Below, piece after piece: positions 27,478 to 37,049 of a stretch of 64,000 bases of DNA (its first letter is position 1; every line of letters begins with the position of its first letter). The DNA is taken from contig CAVXRD010000001.1 of the NCBI GenBank assembly GCA_963764165.1, positions 64,001-128,000 of the forward strand, given 5' to 3'. A program made the translations under genes and the position numbers. This stretch comes from an uncultured Verrucomicrobiae bacterium (GTDB lineage: Bacteria; Verrucomicrobiota; Verrucomicrobiia; Limisphaerales; Palsa-1400). Below the pieces are notes generated by a model. The model saw only the letters and a list, made by a program, of their open reading frames with translations. It had not been told where the DNA came from and did not search any database.

Positions 27478-29805
27478 ATGTTGAAACTGCACTCTGTCGC
27501 TGGACTCTGTTTGTGCGTTGGGATGGCGTTGACCGCGGTCGCGGGCTCTGTGCCCACCGGCGAAAAATTGCCTTCGTTCGGGTTTACCGGCCCGGAGATT
27601 TATCCCATTGATGACAGTGTCGCCCTGCTCCACGCCGCCGATATCGATGGCGACGGATTGATCGATTTGGTGGTTGTCAACAACAAACGTTCCAAGATTA
27701 ACATTCTCTACAATCAAACCGGAAAGACCAACGCCATTGTCACACAGCTCATCGGGCGCCGCGAAATCAACGAATTGCCACCGGACTCCCGCTTTCGCGT
27801 TGACGCCATTGCCTCAGAGAAGCGCATTTCCTCGCTGGTGGTCGCGGATTTGAACGGCGACGGAAAGCCGGATCTCGCGTATTACGGCGAGCCGAAGGAG
27901 TTGGTGGTGCAATACAATCAGGGCAGCAACACCTGGAGCACACCCAAGCGATGGCCCATCGATGACGGGCAATTGTTTGTCAATGCCCTCTGCTCTGGGG
28001 ATTTGAATGGCGACAAGCGCACTGATCTCGTTTTGCTGGGCGAAAACAATCTTTATTTTCTCGCGCAGAACGCAGACCACACTCTGGCCGAACCGCAGAA
28101 AATTCCGTTCTCCGGCGATGTCCGCGCGGCGCAAGTCCTCGATATTGATGGCGATGGGCGCGACGATCTCCTTTTGATAAATTGGGACAGCCCGAATCCG
28201 TTCCGTTTTCGCCTGCAAAACTCCGTGGGCGAACTTGGCCCGGAAATCTACTTTACGATGCCGCCAGTCCGCTCCTATCTGGCGGATGACCTGACGGGCG
28301 ATCACAAAACCGAGGTCGTGAGCATCGCCGCGAATTCCGGGCGCGCGGCTGTTTCGCATTTTATCCAGAAGCCGGCCGAGCCGCTTTCCGGGAGTTTCAA
28401 ACAGGGCCAGTTTCAGGTCTTCCCTTTGAGCCGGACGACCCGCGCGCATCGCGGCGTGTTGTGGGCGGATGTCAATGGCGACGGTTTGCCGGATCTACTG
28501 GTAGCCGAACCCGACAGCGGCCAATTGAGCCTTTATTTGCAAAAGCCCGACGGCTCGCTCGCGGCGGCCAAGACCTTCCCGACCTTTGTCGGCGTGAGCG
28601 AATTGGCGGTGAGTGATTGGGAAGGAAACGGCCATCCCGACATTTTCCTCTTGAGCAGCGATGAGCATCAAGTGGGCGTGACGAAGCTCGACGAAAAAGG
28701 GCGCATCGCGTTCCCGACGATTATTCCTCTTGACGGCAAGCCGCTGACGATGGCGGTGGGCGCACTGCAATCTGGCGCAAAACCGACCTTGGCGGTGATC
28801 GTGGAGCAGGACACCAACCGCGTGCTTGTCACCCGCCACTCGGACGGAACAAGCCATCGGCAAACGCTGAGCAGCGATTTCAAATCGATGCCCTCCTCCA
28901 TGACCATGCACGACGCGAACCAGGACGGGCTGGCCGATCTCGTCATCCTGATTCCTTACGAGAAAATCAAGGTGCTGGTGCAGAAGGAGGATAATTTGAA
29001 CTTCGAGGAAGCGGACGTTTTGCCTCCCGGCGGCAGCGCGGAAGATCCATGGCTGAGCGTGTCCGATGTGGACGGCGACGGCAAACCGGAGCTGCTGCTG
29101 GCCCAGAAAAATTTCATCCGCGCGGTCGTGCTGAAAGCCGACAATGACAAAGCCACCAACGGCAAGCCATCCTGGAACTTTTTCGTGAAAGAGCAAATCA
29201 ACGGCGCGTCGCGCGATTCGCGCATCGTCGGAGCCGCTCCGTTGAAGAACGGCGCCAACGGCATTGCCTCGATATTTCTTCTTGACGCAGAAAAGAAGCA
29301 GCTCACCTTGAGCGAGCGCGACAAGGCGGGCGTGTGGCAGGTGGTGCGCAACATGCCGCTGCCTTACAGTGAATTCACCACCTTGAAACCGGTGGGGCTT
29401 GGCTCGACCAACGCAAATTGCGTGGCTCTCGTGGGCGTCAACGCGGTCGGCACGATGGCGACCAGCGGCAGCGTCTGGCGCCTTGAGGAATTGGACAGCT
29501 ACGAAACGCCGATCAAGGATGGTTATCTTCGCGACGTGGTGTCCGGCGACCTTAATCACGATGGCCGCAAAGATCTCGTGTTCCTTGAGACCTCGAAGAA
29601 TTACCTCGATCTCGTCACGTTCGAAAAGCCGAACAAACTCGTTCCGGCGAACCGCTGGCAGGTATTTGAAGAGCGCACCTTCCGCTCCCGCCGCAACGAC
29701 GGCGCCGAGCCGCGTGAAGCCGCCGTCGCGGATGTCACCGGCGATGGCAAGGCCGACCTGATCGTGCTCGTTCATGACCGGATCCTAGTCTACCCGCAAG
29801 AATAA
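27478..29805 (+). CDS. Exported FG-GAP/VCBS repeat protein
   Basis: Many DxxGDGxxDL motifs; the ATG at 27478 gives a signal peptide (MLKLHSVAGLCLCVGMALTAVAG), so it is preferred over the 27295 start. Confidence 0.88.
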   Translation: MLKLHSVAGLCLCVGMALTAVAGSVPTGEKLPSFGFTGPEIYPIDDSVALLHAADIDGDGLIDLVVVNNKRSKINILYNQTGKTNAIVTQLIGRREINELPPDSRFRVDAIASEKRISSLVVADLNGDGKPDLAYYGEPKELVVQYNQGSNTWSTPKRWPIDDGQLFVNALCSGDLNGDKRTDLVLLGENNLYFLAQNADHTLAEPQKIPFSGDVRAAQVLDIDGDGRDDLLLINWDSPNPFRFRLQNSVGELGPEIYFTMPPVRSYLADDLTGDHKTEVVSIAANSGRAAVSHFIQKPAEPLSGSFKQGQFQVFPLSRTTRAHRGVLWADVNGDGLPDLLVAEPDSGQLSLYLQKPDGSLAAAKTFPTFVGVSELAVSDWEGNGHPDIFLLSSDEHQVGVTKLDEKGRIAFPTIIPLDGKPLTMAVGALQSGAKPTLAVIVEQDTNRVLVTRHSDGTSHRQTLSSDFKSMPSSMTMHDANQDGLADLVILIPYEKIKVLVQKEDNLNFEEADVLPPGGSAEDPWLSVSDVDGDGKPELLLAQKNFIRAVVLKADNDKATNGKPSWNFFVKEQINGASRDSRIVGAAPLKNGANGIASIFLLDAEKKQLTLSERDKAGVWQVVRNMPLPYSEFTTLKPVGLGSTNANCVALVGVNAVGTMATSGSVWRLEELDSYETPIKDGYLRDVVSGDLNHDGRKDLVFLETSKNYLDLVTFEKPNKLVPANRWQVFEERTFRSRRNDGAEPREAAVADVTGDGKADLIVLVHDRILVYPQE

Positions 29806-29825
29806 TTCGCGAAGCGACCCATAAA

Positions 29826-29991
29826 GGTAAGGACGCCTCGCCGAGGCGTCTGGGGGAGGTGGAAGTTTGCAGGCGTATAAATTCGCGCAGAGATCGGGGC
29901 AAGCCAAAAGTCTTTTCGGGCCGAGCGTTTGAAAAGAAGAACATGCTCGAAACTGCCACGGCATCAGACGCCTCGGCGAGGCGTCCCTGCC
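29826..29991. repeat. REP doublet (inverted pair of 27-bp palindromic units)
   Basis: ggtaaggacgcctcgccgaggcgtctg (29826-29852) and cagacgcctcggcgaggcgtccctgcc (29965-29991), 25/27 inverted match, between convergent genes. Confidence 0.85.
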
Positions 29992-30950
29992 TACTTCTGC
30001 TCATATAGCCGCGCGGTTTCGACCATAATTTTTTCGACTTGACTGTAGTATGCGTCCTCAGTCATCGAGCTTTTCTTCGATCGCAGCGCGCTGAGCTGTT
30101 GTTCCAATTCATCACGGCGGGCGCGGGCGGCAGGTGCCAGGGCCTGCTCCTCTTTCCCACGGACGAGGAACATCTGATTGGCGCGCACGCCATCGACCGA
30201 TTTGCCTTTGTCCGCTTTCTTCACGGCCAGCACTCCCCGAAACCATTCCGGCGGCGTGCCAAGGCCATCGCCGTTGTCATCGATCAGCGCATGCTCCGTC
30301 ATCAGCCGTCCCTGCTCGTGATAAAATTGTTCGACTTGACGCGATGCGGTTAGAAACGCCTCCAGCAGCGAAACCTGCCCGTCGTGATCAAGGTCGGCTT
30401 TAGGATCGCCGATGGCGCGCGCCATGTAACCGCCAAATCTCGAAAAATTGACTTCATATCCGCTGCGCGTGGAAGTGACAACCACCCTGCCCGGCGCGGA
30501 CAACGCCGTCAGAAACGGCCCGCTGGCCGAGGCGCATTGGATAATCGCCAGCGGGCGGCGGCAGGATTTCAATGCATTCGAAAGGTTCGTTGCGGAAATG
30601 TCGGGACCGCGCAAATTGAATTTCGCGCCGCCGTCGTCAAATGTTCCGTGCCCAATGAAAACCAGCCACAGTTCGCCAGTGCCGTTGGCGGCTTTCTCGG
30701 ATAGGACTGTCAATAATTGCGTCAAATCATTCGTCGCCGATTCTTTCTCGAGTCCAACGGTGCGGACACGAAATCCGCCTTTTTCCGCGGCCTTTTCCCA
30801 CAAATTGGCCCATTCGGAAAATTGCGTTTCGAACGCCGGCTCACCCGCAGCGCCGACAACGAGAACCAACGTGCGTGCGTCGTTCGTTTGAGCGCGAGCG
30901 AAGGAAGTCCCCACGCAAATCGCAAGAAGGACCGAAAGAAAAATTCTCAC
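29991..30950 (-). CDS. Exported caspase/C13-fold-like protein with EF-hand-like motifs
   Basis: GTG start overlapping the upstream TGA; signal peptide; LVFIGHG, IIQCASASG, DLDHDGQVSLLE, DDNGDG. Confidence 0.7.
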   Translation of the reverse strand: MRIFLSVLLAICVGTSFARAQTNDARTLVLVVGAAGEPAFETQFSEWANLWEKAAEKGGFRVRTVGLEKESATNDLTQLLTVLSEKAANGTGELWLVFIGHGTFDDGGAKFNLRGPDISATNLSNALKSCRRPLAIIQCASASGPFLTALSAPGRVVVTSTRSGYEVNFSRFGGYMARAIGDPKADLDHDGQVSLLEAFLTASRQVEQFYHEQGRLMTEHALIDDNGDGLGTPPEWFRGVLAVKKADKGKSVDGVRANQMFLVRGKEEQALAPAARARRDELEQQLSALRSKKSSMTEDAYYSQVEKIMVETARLYEQK

Positions 30951-33304
30951 GGCAATCCCTTCCAGCGGCGGATTCCCCACTCCGCCACAAAGCAGCCGAG
31001 GGCAAACAAATAGACCGCCGGTTCCTGCCACAGCGGCTTGCTCCACGACTCCATGACCGGCGCCTTGCGCTGCGGAAGTTTTCGCACGAAATCTGGCAAC
31101 GCGTCCACCGTCAGCACCTCGCCGCCGGTGCGTTTGGCCAGCGCTTCCAAATAAGCGCGGTTCGGCGTCAGCGAATGAAATTCCTGCCCCGCCGGATCCA
31201 TCGCCCATCCAGTCTTGGCGCGGCCGATCACTGTGCCGTCGGCGCGGGTCGCAATGGCCTCGGCGATGCGCGCGCCCGCATCGTTCTGAACGTAATCGCG
31301 CTGATACGTTCCGGCTTCGCTGGACGACGCGTCCGCCAGCAGTTGCAAATCATTGGTGGACGTGTTGGTCGACAATTGCGCCGGGCGAATTGTCAACTGA
31401 ACATTGACGTTGTCCATCGGCTTGTATTCCTCGTCGCGCACTTTGACGACGAGCCGGACCAACGAGGGATTCCCATCTGCGCCGGTTTCGGCGTGGATGG
31501 CAACGCGGGTGGGAACGTCCGACACGAGCCAGCGCACGAGTTGCCGCCAGGATTTGGCGAGATCTTTTTGGGCAGCCTCGTCGCGCATGCCGGCGCGCCA
31601 CAAATCGCCGATCATGATGGCGGCGGTGCGCCCGAGGCCGAAGCGTTGCACGGCGAGGGCGGGATGTTTGTTATTATTTTCGTCCACCACGGTGGCCAGC
31701 ACGCTGGCGCCGGGTTTTACATCCCGCACCACGTTCAGCACACTCGTAGGGCGCATTCCGTCCAGGCGCTCGCGTTCCTCGGCCTCGGTGGAGCGCAGGC
31801 GCGTCCACGGTTGCAGCCAGCCTTCGCGGGTGAGATCCAGCTTCCACTTGTCACTCGATTCGTTGAGCGCCGGGCGGTCGAGGTAAACGGGCAAAATCGA
31901 GGCAATTACCGTCCCCGCGTAGTTCCCCTGGCGAAACGATTCCGCGCCGCCCAGCATCAGAAAACCGCCTCCGCGTTCGGAAACAAAACGCTGGAGCAAT
32001 ACCATCTGATCGTGGGTGAAAAAGTCCGCCTCCGTGTCGCCCACAATGACAGCGTCGTAGCGAAAAAGCTCTTCGGCTGTCTTTGGAAAACCGCCGCGAA
32101 GCTCAAGCTCATCCTTCGTGTTCAAACGCATGATGACTGGCTGGTCGTATCGCGCCGTCTCGTCGTCGGTGCCACCGAAGCCGCGGTAAAGCGGATTGCT
32201 GGATTCACCAGCGCGGCCCATGAAAGCAAATTTTGGCTCGCGCTTGGCGATGCGGATGACGGCAGGCATGTGGACTTGCGGGTCGTCTTCAATGGCGCGG
32301 TTCAGGAATTTGAATTCCCAATTTGGACGGCCGCCCACGTAAAGAACGCGAAACGGCTCTTCACCGCGATCCACTGCGACGATTTGCTGATTGTTGGCCA
32401 GCGTCGCCTCGCGCGATTCCGCCGAGCCGCCCAATTCGTCGCGGACGCGGGTTTCCACTTTGTAAAAATGCAATCCCGGTTTGTCAGGTTGAATTTGAAA
32501 ACGAAAGCTCAGCGCGCTTTCCTCCCCGCTGGCTGATTTGTCCTGCTGCGTGACGACATTGGACATGCCGCTCGTTACTTCGACCAGGCGAGCCACGACA
32601 TCGGAGCCGGAAAAGCCGTGCGCATTCACTTCTGCCTGGACTGTCACTGGCGCGTCTTCGAAAGCGGTTTGGCTGACGCTGACTTTATCAAGCGCAATGT
32701 CGCGCAAACCGGACGCGCTGCCGACCACCACCGGATAAACGGGCGGGACATTTTCCAATCCAGCCAAGGCGGCGGTCGCGTCCGTGGCGTTGCCGTCTGT
32801 AAATAACAAAACTCCCGCCACCGGCTGGCCGCGCCACCGGTCCGCCGCGCTGCGCAAGGCGTGTTCGAGGGCGGTGGCGTTGCCGTCAAATTCGAGACCG
32901 GCGAAATCGTGGACGTCCTGGACGTTTGCGTCGAAGGTGTAACGGCGCACCTGGAAATTGTCTTCGAGAGTTTTCTGCCAGCCGCTGGAATCGTTGGTCA
33001 ATTGGCGGCGCAGCCAATCGCCGCGAGATTCACTTTCGCCGTTGTCTTTAACGCGCAGGCTTTGGCTTTGGTCGGCCAGCACCGCGAAGATGTTCGCCCC
33101 GGGCCGCGCGCGCTGGCCAACGCGCATGGGTTCAAGCAGGCAAAGCGCCAGGGTCAACAAACCGGCGAGTTTGAGCAGCCCGCAACCGAGGCGCACATTG
33201 CGTCCGGCAGCGCCACGGCTGCCCGCCCAAACAAGCGCCAAGGCAAGCACCATCATCACCGCCAAAACTGGAAACATCCACCCGCGGGCGGAAAAGACAA
33301 TCAC
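30947..33304 (-). CDS. Membrane protein with vWA-like and glutamine-amidotransferase-like domains
   Basis: N- and C-terminal TMs; DQSQS, LLFTDGN, RPNWEFKFL, GGGFLMLGGAESF; EWGIRRWKGL end. Confidence 0.85.
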   Translation of the reverse strand: MIVFSARGWMFPVLAVMMVLALALVWAGSRGAAGRNVRLGCGLLKLAGLLTLALCLLEPMRVGQRARPGANIFAVLADQSQSLRVKDNGESESRGDWLRRQLTNDSSGWQKTLEDNFQVRRYTFDANVQDVHDFAGLEFDGNATALEHALRSAADRWRGQPVAGVLLFTDGNATDATAALAGLENVPPVYPVVVGSASGLRDIALDKVSVSQTAFEDAPVTVQAEVNAHGFSGSDVVARLVEVTSGMSNVVTQQDKSASGEESALSFRFQIQPDKPGLHFYKVETRVRDELGGSAESREATLANNQQIVAVDRGEEPFRVLYVGGRPNWEFKFLNRAIEDDPQVHMPAVIRIAKREPKFAFMGRAGESSNPLYRGFGGTDDETARYDQPVIMRLNTKDELELRGGFPKTAEELFRYDAVIVGDTEADFFTHDQMVLLQRFVSERGGGFLMLGGAESFRQGNYAGTVIASILPVYLDRPALNESSDKWKLDLTREGWLQPWTRLRSTEAEERERLDGMRPTSVLNVVRDVKPGASVLATVVDENNNKHPALAVQRFGLGRTAAIMIGDLWRAGMRDEAAQKDLAKSWRQLVRWLVSDVPTRVAIHAETGADGNPSLVRLVVKVRDEEYKPMDNVNVQLTIRPAQLSTNTSTNDLQLLADASSSEAGTYQRDYVQNDAGARIAEAIATRADGTVIGRAKTGWAMDPAGQEFHSLTPNRAYLEALAKRTGGEVLTVDALPDFVRKLPQRKAPVMESWSKPLWQEPAVYLFALGCFVAEWGIRRWKGLP

Positions 33305-35442
33305 TGACCTCCTCCCAATTTTTCGTAATACTTGCGCACCAGCTCTGCGTAATTATCAGGCACCGGGTCATGGTCGAGGGGCACGAGGCTGTGCGAGTTT
33401 TCGATGCGGGCCAAAGCTTCCTGAATCTCCGCGCGGGCCTGAATCATCGGCTGCACCACGTTTTCTTTCACCGCGGAAAATGTGGGCTTGCGGTCATGCA
33501 AACGGTAATCGGCGCGATAGGCCGCAACGCGCTCCCGCAGGGTCGCGAGACGGTTGCGCAATTCCGTCGAGTCAACAACTTGCTCCACGTCGCGCATGCG
33601 ATCCGCCCAATTGGCAAAATCACCACCGGTGATCGGGCCTCTCGCGTCGACGCCATTCGCGCCACCGCCGGCGTTTGCGTTGCGATTTCCGGCGCGGCTT
33701 TGTTGAACCAACTTGCTTAGAGTATCTTTGCCCCCTTGGCCACCCTCTGCATTTCCCTCGGTGTTGGCGTTCTCTGATTGGCCTTCGCCCGATTGGGGCT
33801 GGCCATCCTGTCCCTGCTGCCCTTGTCCGCTTTGTCCAGGTTGCCGCTGTCCGTCTTTTCCTTGGCGAGATTGCGACCCATTGCGGGCGGCTGTTTCGCC
33901 GGGCTGGCCGTTGCGAGAATTTGCGTTTTCTTTTGCGTTCGCCGCGCCCGCCAAATTTGTTTGGCCCGTCCGGCCCGCGCCGGGCACCGCATTCGTTCGT
34001 GTCGCCAACGAATTGGTGCTTGGGCCGCCGCCACTCGCTTCCGAACCGGAAAGATTTGTTTCTCCTCCAAGCCCCTGCCCCACTTCCTTGGTCAGTTTAT
34101 CCAATTCCGATTGCGCATACCGCAACGCATCCGCCTGGCTTCCCAGAACACTTTCGGCCGCCCTTTCGATGCGCTGGCTGAGATCGTTAATGTTCGTGCG
34201 GGCGGAATTTTCCACTTGGGCCGCTTTGTCGAGAAATCCGCGATCCACGAGCTGGCGCGTCGTATCCAATGCGCTATCAATGTGCATCGGACCGGAGTGG
34301 CGCAACGTGTCGTAAAGCTGTTCGGACAAAAGCGGCTCGGTGCTCTCGGCTCTTTCAGTCAGATCCTGCATGGTAGAAAGAAGATTCGTCAGGGCGCTCT
34401 CCTGTTGGCTCATTCGCTTTACAAGATCCTGCCGCTGCTTTTCGTCATCGAGCGTTTGATGGTCGGGGCCTTGCATATTTTGAAGCGTCTGGCCAATTTT
34501 CTCCTCTTCCTGCGACAAGTCTCTCGCCTGATTTTGCAGTTGACGCATCTGCTGGGTGAATTGGCTGGAGGTCTGGCCGCGCAATCCTTCGCGCAAATTC
34601 TGCATGCTCTGCTGCGCCCGCGAACCGGAGGCCAGCGCCTGCGAAACGGATTCGTTGGCCAAATCCTGGGCCGCTTTCTCCGTCTCGGAACGCGCCTGGT
34701 CCAAGCCCTTGGCCGTCTGCGAAAGCGCGCTGGAATCCTGCGCCTGGTCGAGTTTTTGATGCAACTCGTCCAGGTCATTCAACATCTGCTTTTCTTCGTC
34801 GGCGAGATGCTTCAATTCGCGTTTGATTTCCTCTTTTTCTTTCTCATCGCGAGCCTGCTGCAGCGCGGTTTGCAATTCGCGCAGGCGATCATTCAAATCC
34901 TGCTGGCGCTGGGCCAATTCCTTCAAACGGTTGGCGGTTTCAAGCTGTTCCTTTTGCGCGGGAGTCTGCGGGGCGCTGGCCTGTTTCTCCGTCTCGTAAC
35001 GATTTTCCTCGCTGGTCAATTCGAGTTGGTCCATCTGCTTCTGATTAGGCTGGCCTGAACTGTTGCCGCCCTTGCTTTTTTTGCGGTTGCGCGTGACTCG
35101 AAATTCGCGCGGCGTCAATTGCAGCACTGCCTGATAGGCAGCCTGTTCCGCTTCGATGGCGGCTGATAAATCGGCCGGGTTTTTCTGGGCGGCCTGTAGC
35201 GCTTTGTCCGCCTTTTCCATGTTTTCCATGGCAAGTTGCAAACGGCTGCGCTCGGTCGGATCCTGCGATCTTGAGAAGAGTTCCTTCGCCTGATCGAGCG
35301 CCTGCTTTTGCGATTCATCCACTGTCGCGATGTCATTGGCGGCGGCATTTTCCCCTCCCGCTGGAGTCGTCGCGGGCTGGGCGGCAGCCAGTTGAGCGCA
35401 AAACCAACCGCTCATGCAGTAAAGTGTCCAACGTGTTTTCAT
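33301..35442 (-). CDS. Exported coiled-coil, Gln/Gly-rich protein (DUF4175-like C-terminal part)
   Basis: Signal-like N-terminus, long heptad stretches, terminal DPVPDNYAELVRKYYEKL. Confidence 0.8.
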   Translation of the reverse strand: MKTRWTLYCMSGWFCAQLAAAQPATTPAGGENAAANDIATVDESQKQALDQAKELFSRSQDPTERSRLQLAMENMEKADKALQAAQKNPADLSAAIEAEQAAYQAVLQLTPREFRVTRNRKKSKGGNSSGQPNQKQMDQLELTSEENRYETEKQASAPQTPAQKEQLETANRLKELAQRQQDLNDRLRELQTALQQARDEKEKEEIKRELKHLADEEKQMLNDLDELHQKLDQAQDSSALSQTAKGLDQARSETEKAAQDLANESVSQALASGSRAQQSMQNLREGLRGQTSSQFTQQMRQLQNQARDLSQEEEKIGQTLQNMQGPDHQTLDDEKQRQDLVKRMSQQESALTNLLSTMQDLTERAESTEPLLSEQLYDTLRHSGPMHIDSALDTTRQLVDRGFLDKAAQVENSARTNINDLSQRIERAAESVLGSQADALRYAQSELDKLTKEVGQGLGGETNLSGSEASGGGPSTNSLATRTNAVPGAGRTGQTNLAGAANAKENANSRNGQPGETAARNGSQSRQGKDGQRQPGQSGQGQQGQDGQPQSGEGQSENANTEGNAEGGQGGKDTLSKLVQQSRAGNRNANAGGGANGVDARGPITGGDFANWADRMRDVEQVVDSTELRNRLATLRERVAAYRADYRLHDRKPTFSAVKENVVQPMIQARAEIQEALARIENSHSLVPLDHDPVPDNYAELVRKYYEKLGGGQ

Positions 35443-37049
35443 GGTGCTCCGTTCTGTTGCAGTTTCCAGGTGGCGACGACTATGTCCCTTTGCAATTCCA
35501 CCAATTTGACGTCCTCATTCCCCTGCCCGCCCTTCTGACCCTGGCTGCCTTGATCCGAATCGTCGCCTGCGCCGGATTGGTCCTGGCGGAAAATTTCGTC
35601 AAAGGGCCGAATCTCGGCAAAATAAATGTCGCTCATCGTGCGGCGGGTTCTTCCATCCGGCCAAATGTCATCTGCCCAAACGAAATAGCCGACAACTTGG
35701 TCTTCATCCAAATTCATGTTTTCGAGCGGTATCATGTAATTAAAGGCCGCCTTCTGCTTGGACGCTGCGCCTCCACCCAGTTCCACAAGCTTGGGATTTT
35801 GCCCGGCGATTCCAAACCCGATGCCATACTTGACCAAACCGAATTCCCCCGAAGCTTCACCGCGCAGTTGAAGCTCCTCCAATCGCGAGACCCGCTGATC
35901 GCCACGCGGTGAAACCACTTTGACGATTGGACGGCGATTGGTCTGCACTTGAAAGATAAAGTCGGACGGAAATTTATTCGTGCGGCCCTCCGCATCTTCC
36001 AGCGCGAGGAGGAATTTGCCGCTGTTCGTCAGCGTGTAGGCATTGAGCAGCGCGGTCGCGTTGCTGACGATCGTCAAGTCGATATTGGTCGCGCCGCTGA
36101 CGAGACGGGCGTGTTTGACTGGTTTGTTCAATTGAAAATTGTAGGTCAGTTGCGTCCCGGTAATGGCGCTGATGCGGCGGGTGTCAGGGATGGTCTTGTT
36201 GGTAAGGCCGGTATATGTCGGATACACGAGCGAGGCATCCGCCCGCACCAGAGACGGATAATCGAAAACGTGGATTTTATATTCCGGCGTTTTTCCGCCG
36301 GGATATTCGACGTGATATTGTCCGTCCTCGCGAACCTCGACGAGGCTTGCGCCGTAAACAGGATCCGCCAAATGCCGTTCCAGCGGAAGGCGCTGAGTTT
36401 TTCCCGCCGCCGAAACGACGACGAGCGCCGCCTCCGATGGCGGCTCGCTGCCGAACCGCGCAGCTACGACGAGGCTTGAGCCGCGCTCGATGGTCGCATC
36501 CCCGGGAGTCACCGTCACGCCACCGGGCAGCACGGCTCCGAAAACGGAGTGCGCTTTTCTCGCAGTGTGCGCGAGCATGACCATCGCAAACACGCCAACC
36601 GCCATCGCCGCCAATCCGCCGGACTTTGCGACAGCGAGCTTGCGCTCCGTTTGCCGCTTCCAAAGCGCGCGCTGTGGATGGGCCAGCACTTCGTCCACCA
36701 CCCGCAATTGGAGAAATCCGAAGCCGTTTTCACCTGGCCGCTGTTCGGCGGCGGCGGAAAGAAGATGACGCAATTCCGGAAAATCATGCTCCATCGCGGC
36801 AACGAGCGCCTTGAAATCAGCAACGCGTTTTTCGTGCCGAGTGAAGATGACGACGGTCGCCACTAATCCGCCCACCAGCGGCAAAAGCCACATCGCGCGG
36901 GAAGTCCAGCCGGTGACCCATTGCGCAAGCCAGCCGAGCAACACCACCGCCGCGATCACGAGCCAGCACAAACTCAAGTCGCGCCAAAGGCGGGCGCGCC
37001 GAAGCGTCAGTTCAGCCGTCGCGAGTTCGAGTTGCAGGCGCGGTTCCAT
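35439..37049 (-). CDS. Membrane protein (DUF4175-like N-terminal part)
   Basis: ATG at 37049 overlaps the upstream TAA; three TMs; VTPGDATIERG, YPTYTGL, EIRPFDEIFRQ. Confidence 0.8.
   Translation of the reverse strand: MEPRLQLELATAELTLRRARLWRDLSLCWLVIAAVVLLGWLAQWVTGWTSRAMWLLPLVGGLVATVVIFTRHEKRVADFKALVAAMEHDFPELRHLLSAAAEQRPGENGFGFLQLRVVDEVLAHPQRALWKRQTERKLAVAKSGGLAAMAVGVFAMVMLAHTARKAHSVFGAVLPGGVTVTPGDATIERGSSLVVAARFGSEPPSEAALVVVSAAGKTQRLPLERHLADPVYGASLVEVREDGQYHVEYPGGKTPEYKIHVFDYPSLVRADASLVYPTYTGLTNKTIPDTRRISAITGTQLTYNFQLNKPVKHARLVSGATNIDLTIVSNATALLNAYTLTNSGKFLLALEDAEGRTNKFPSDFIFQVQTNRRPIVKVVSPRGDQRVSRLEELQLRGEASGEFGLVKYGIGFGIAGQNPKLVELGGGAASKQKAAFNYMIPLENMNLDEDQVVGYFVWADDIWPDGRTRRTMSDIYFAEIRPFDEIFRQDQSGAGDDSDQGSQGQKGGQGNEDVKLVELQRDIVVATWKLQQNGAP

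Noticed and set aside
30875..35058. Long plus-strand ORFs (553 aa, 426 aa and others) opposite the MoxR operon
   Set aside because: Shadow frames of well-supported, coupled minus-strand genes.
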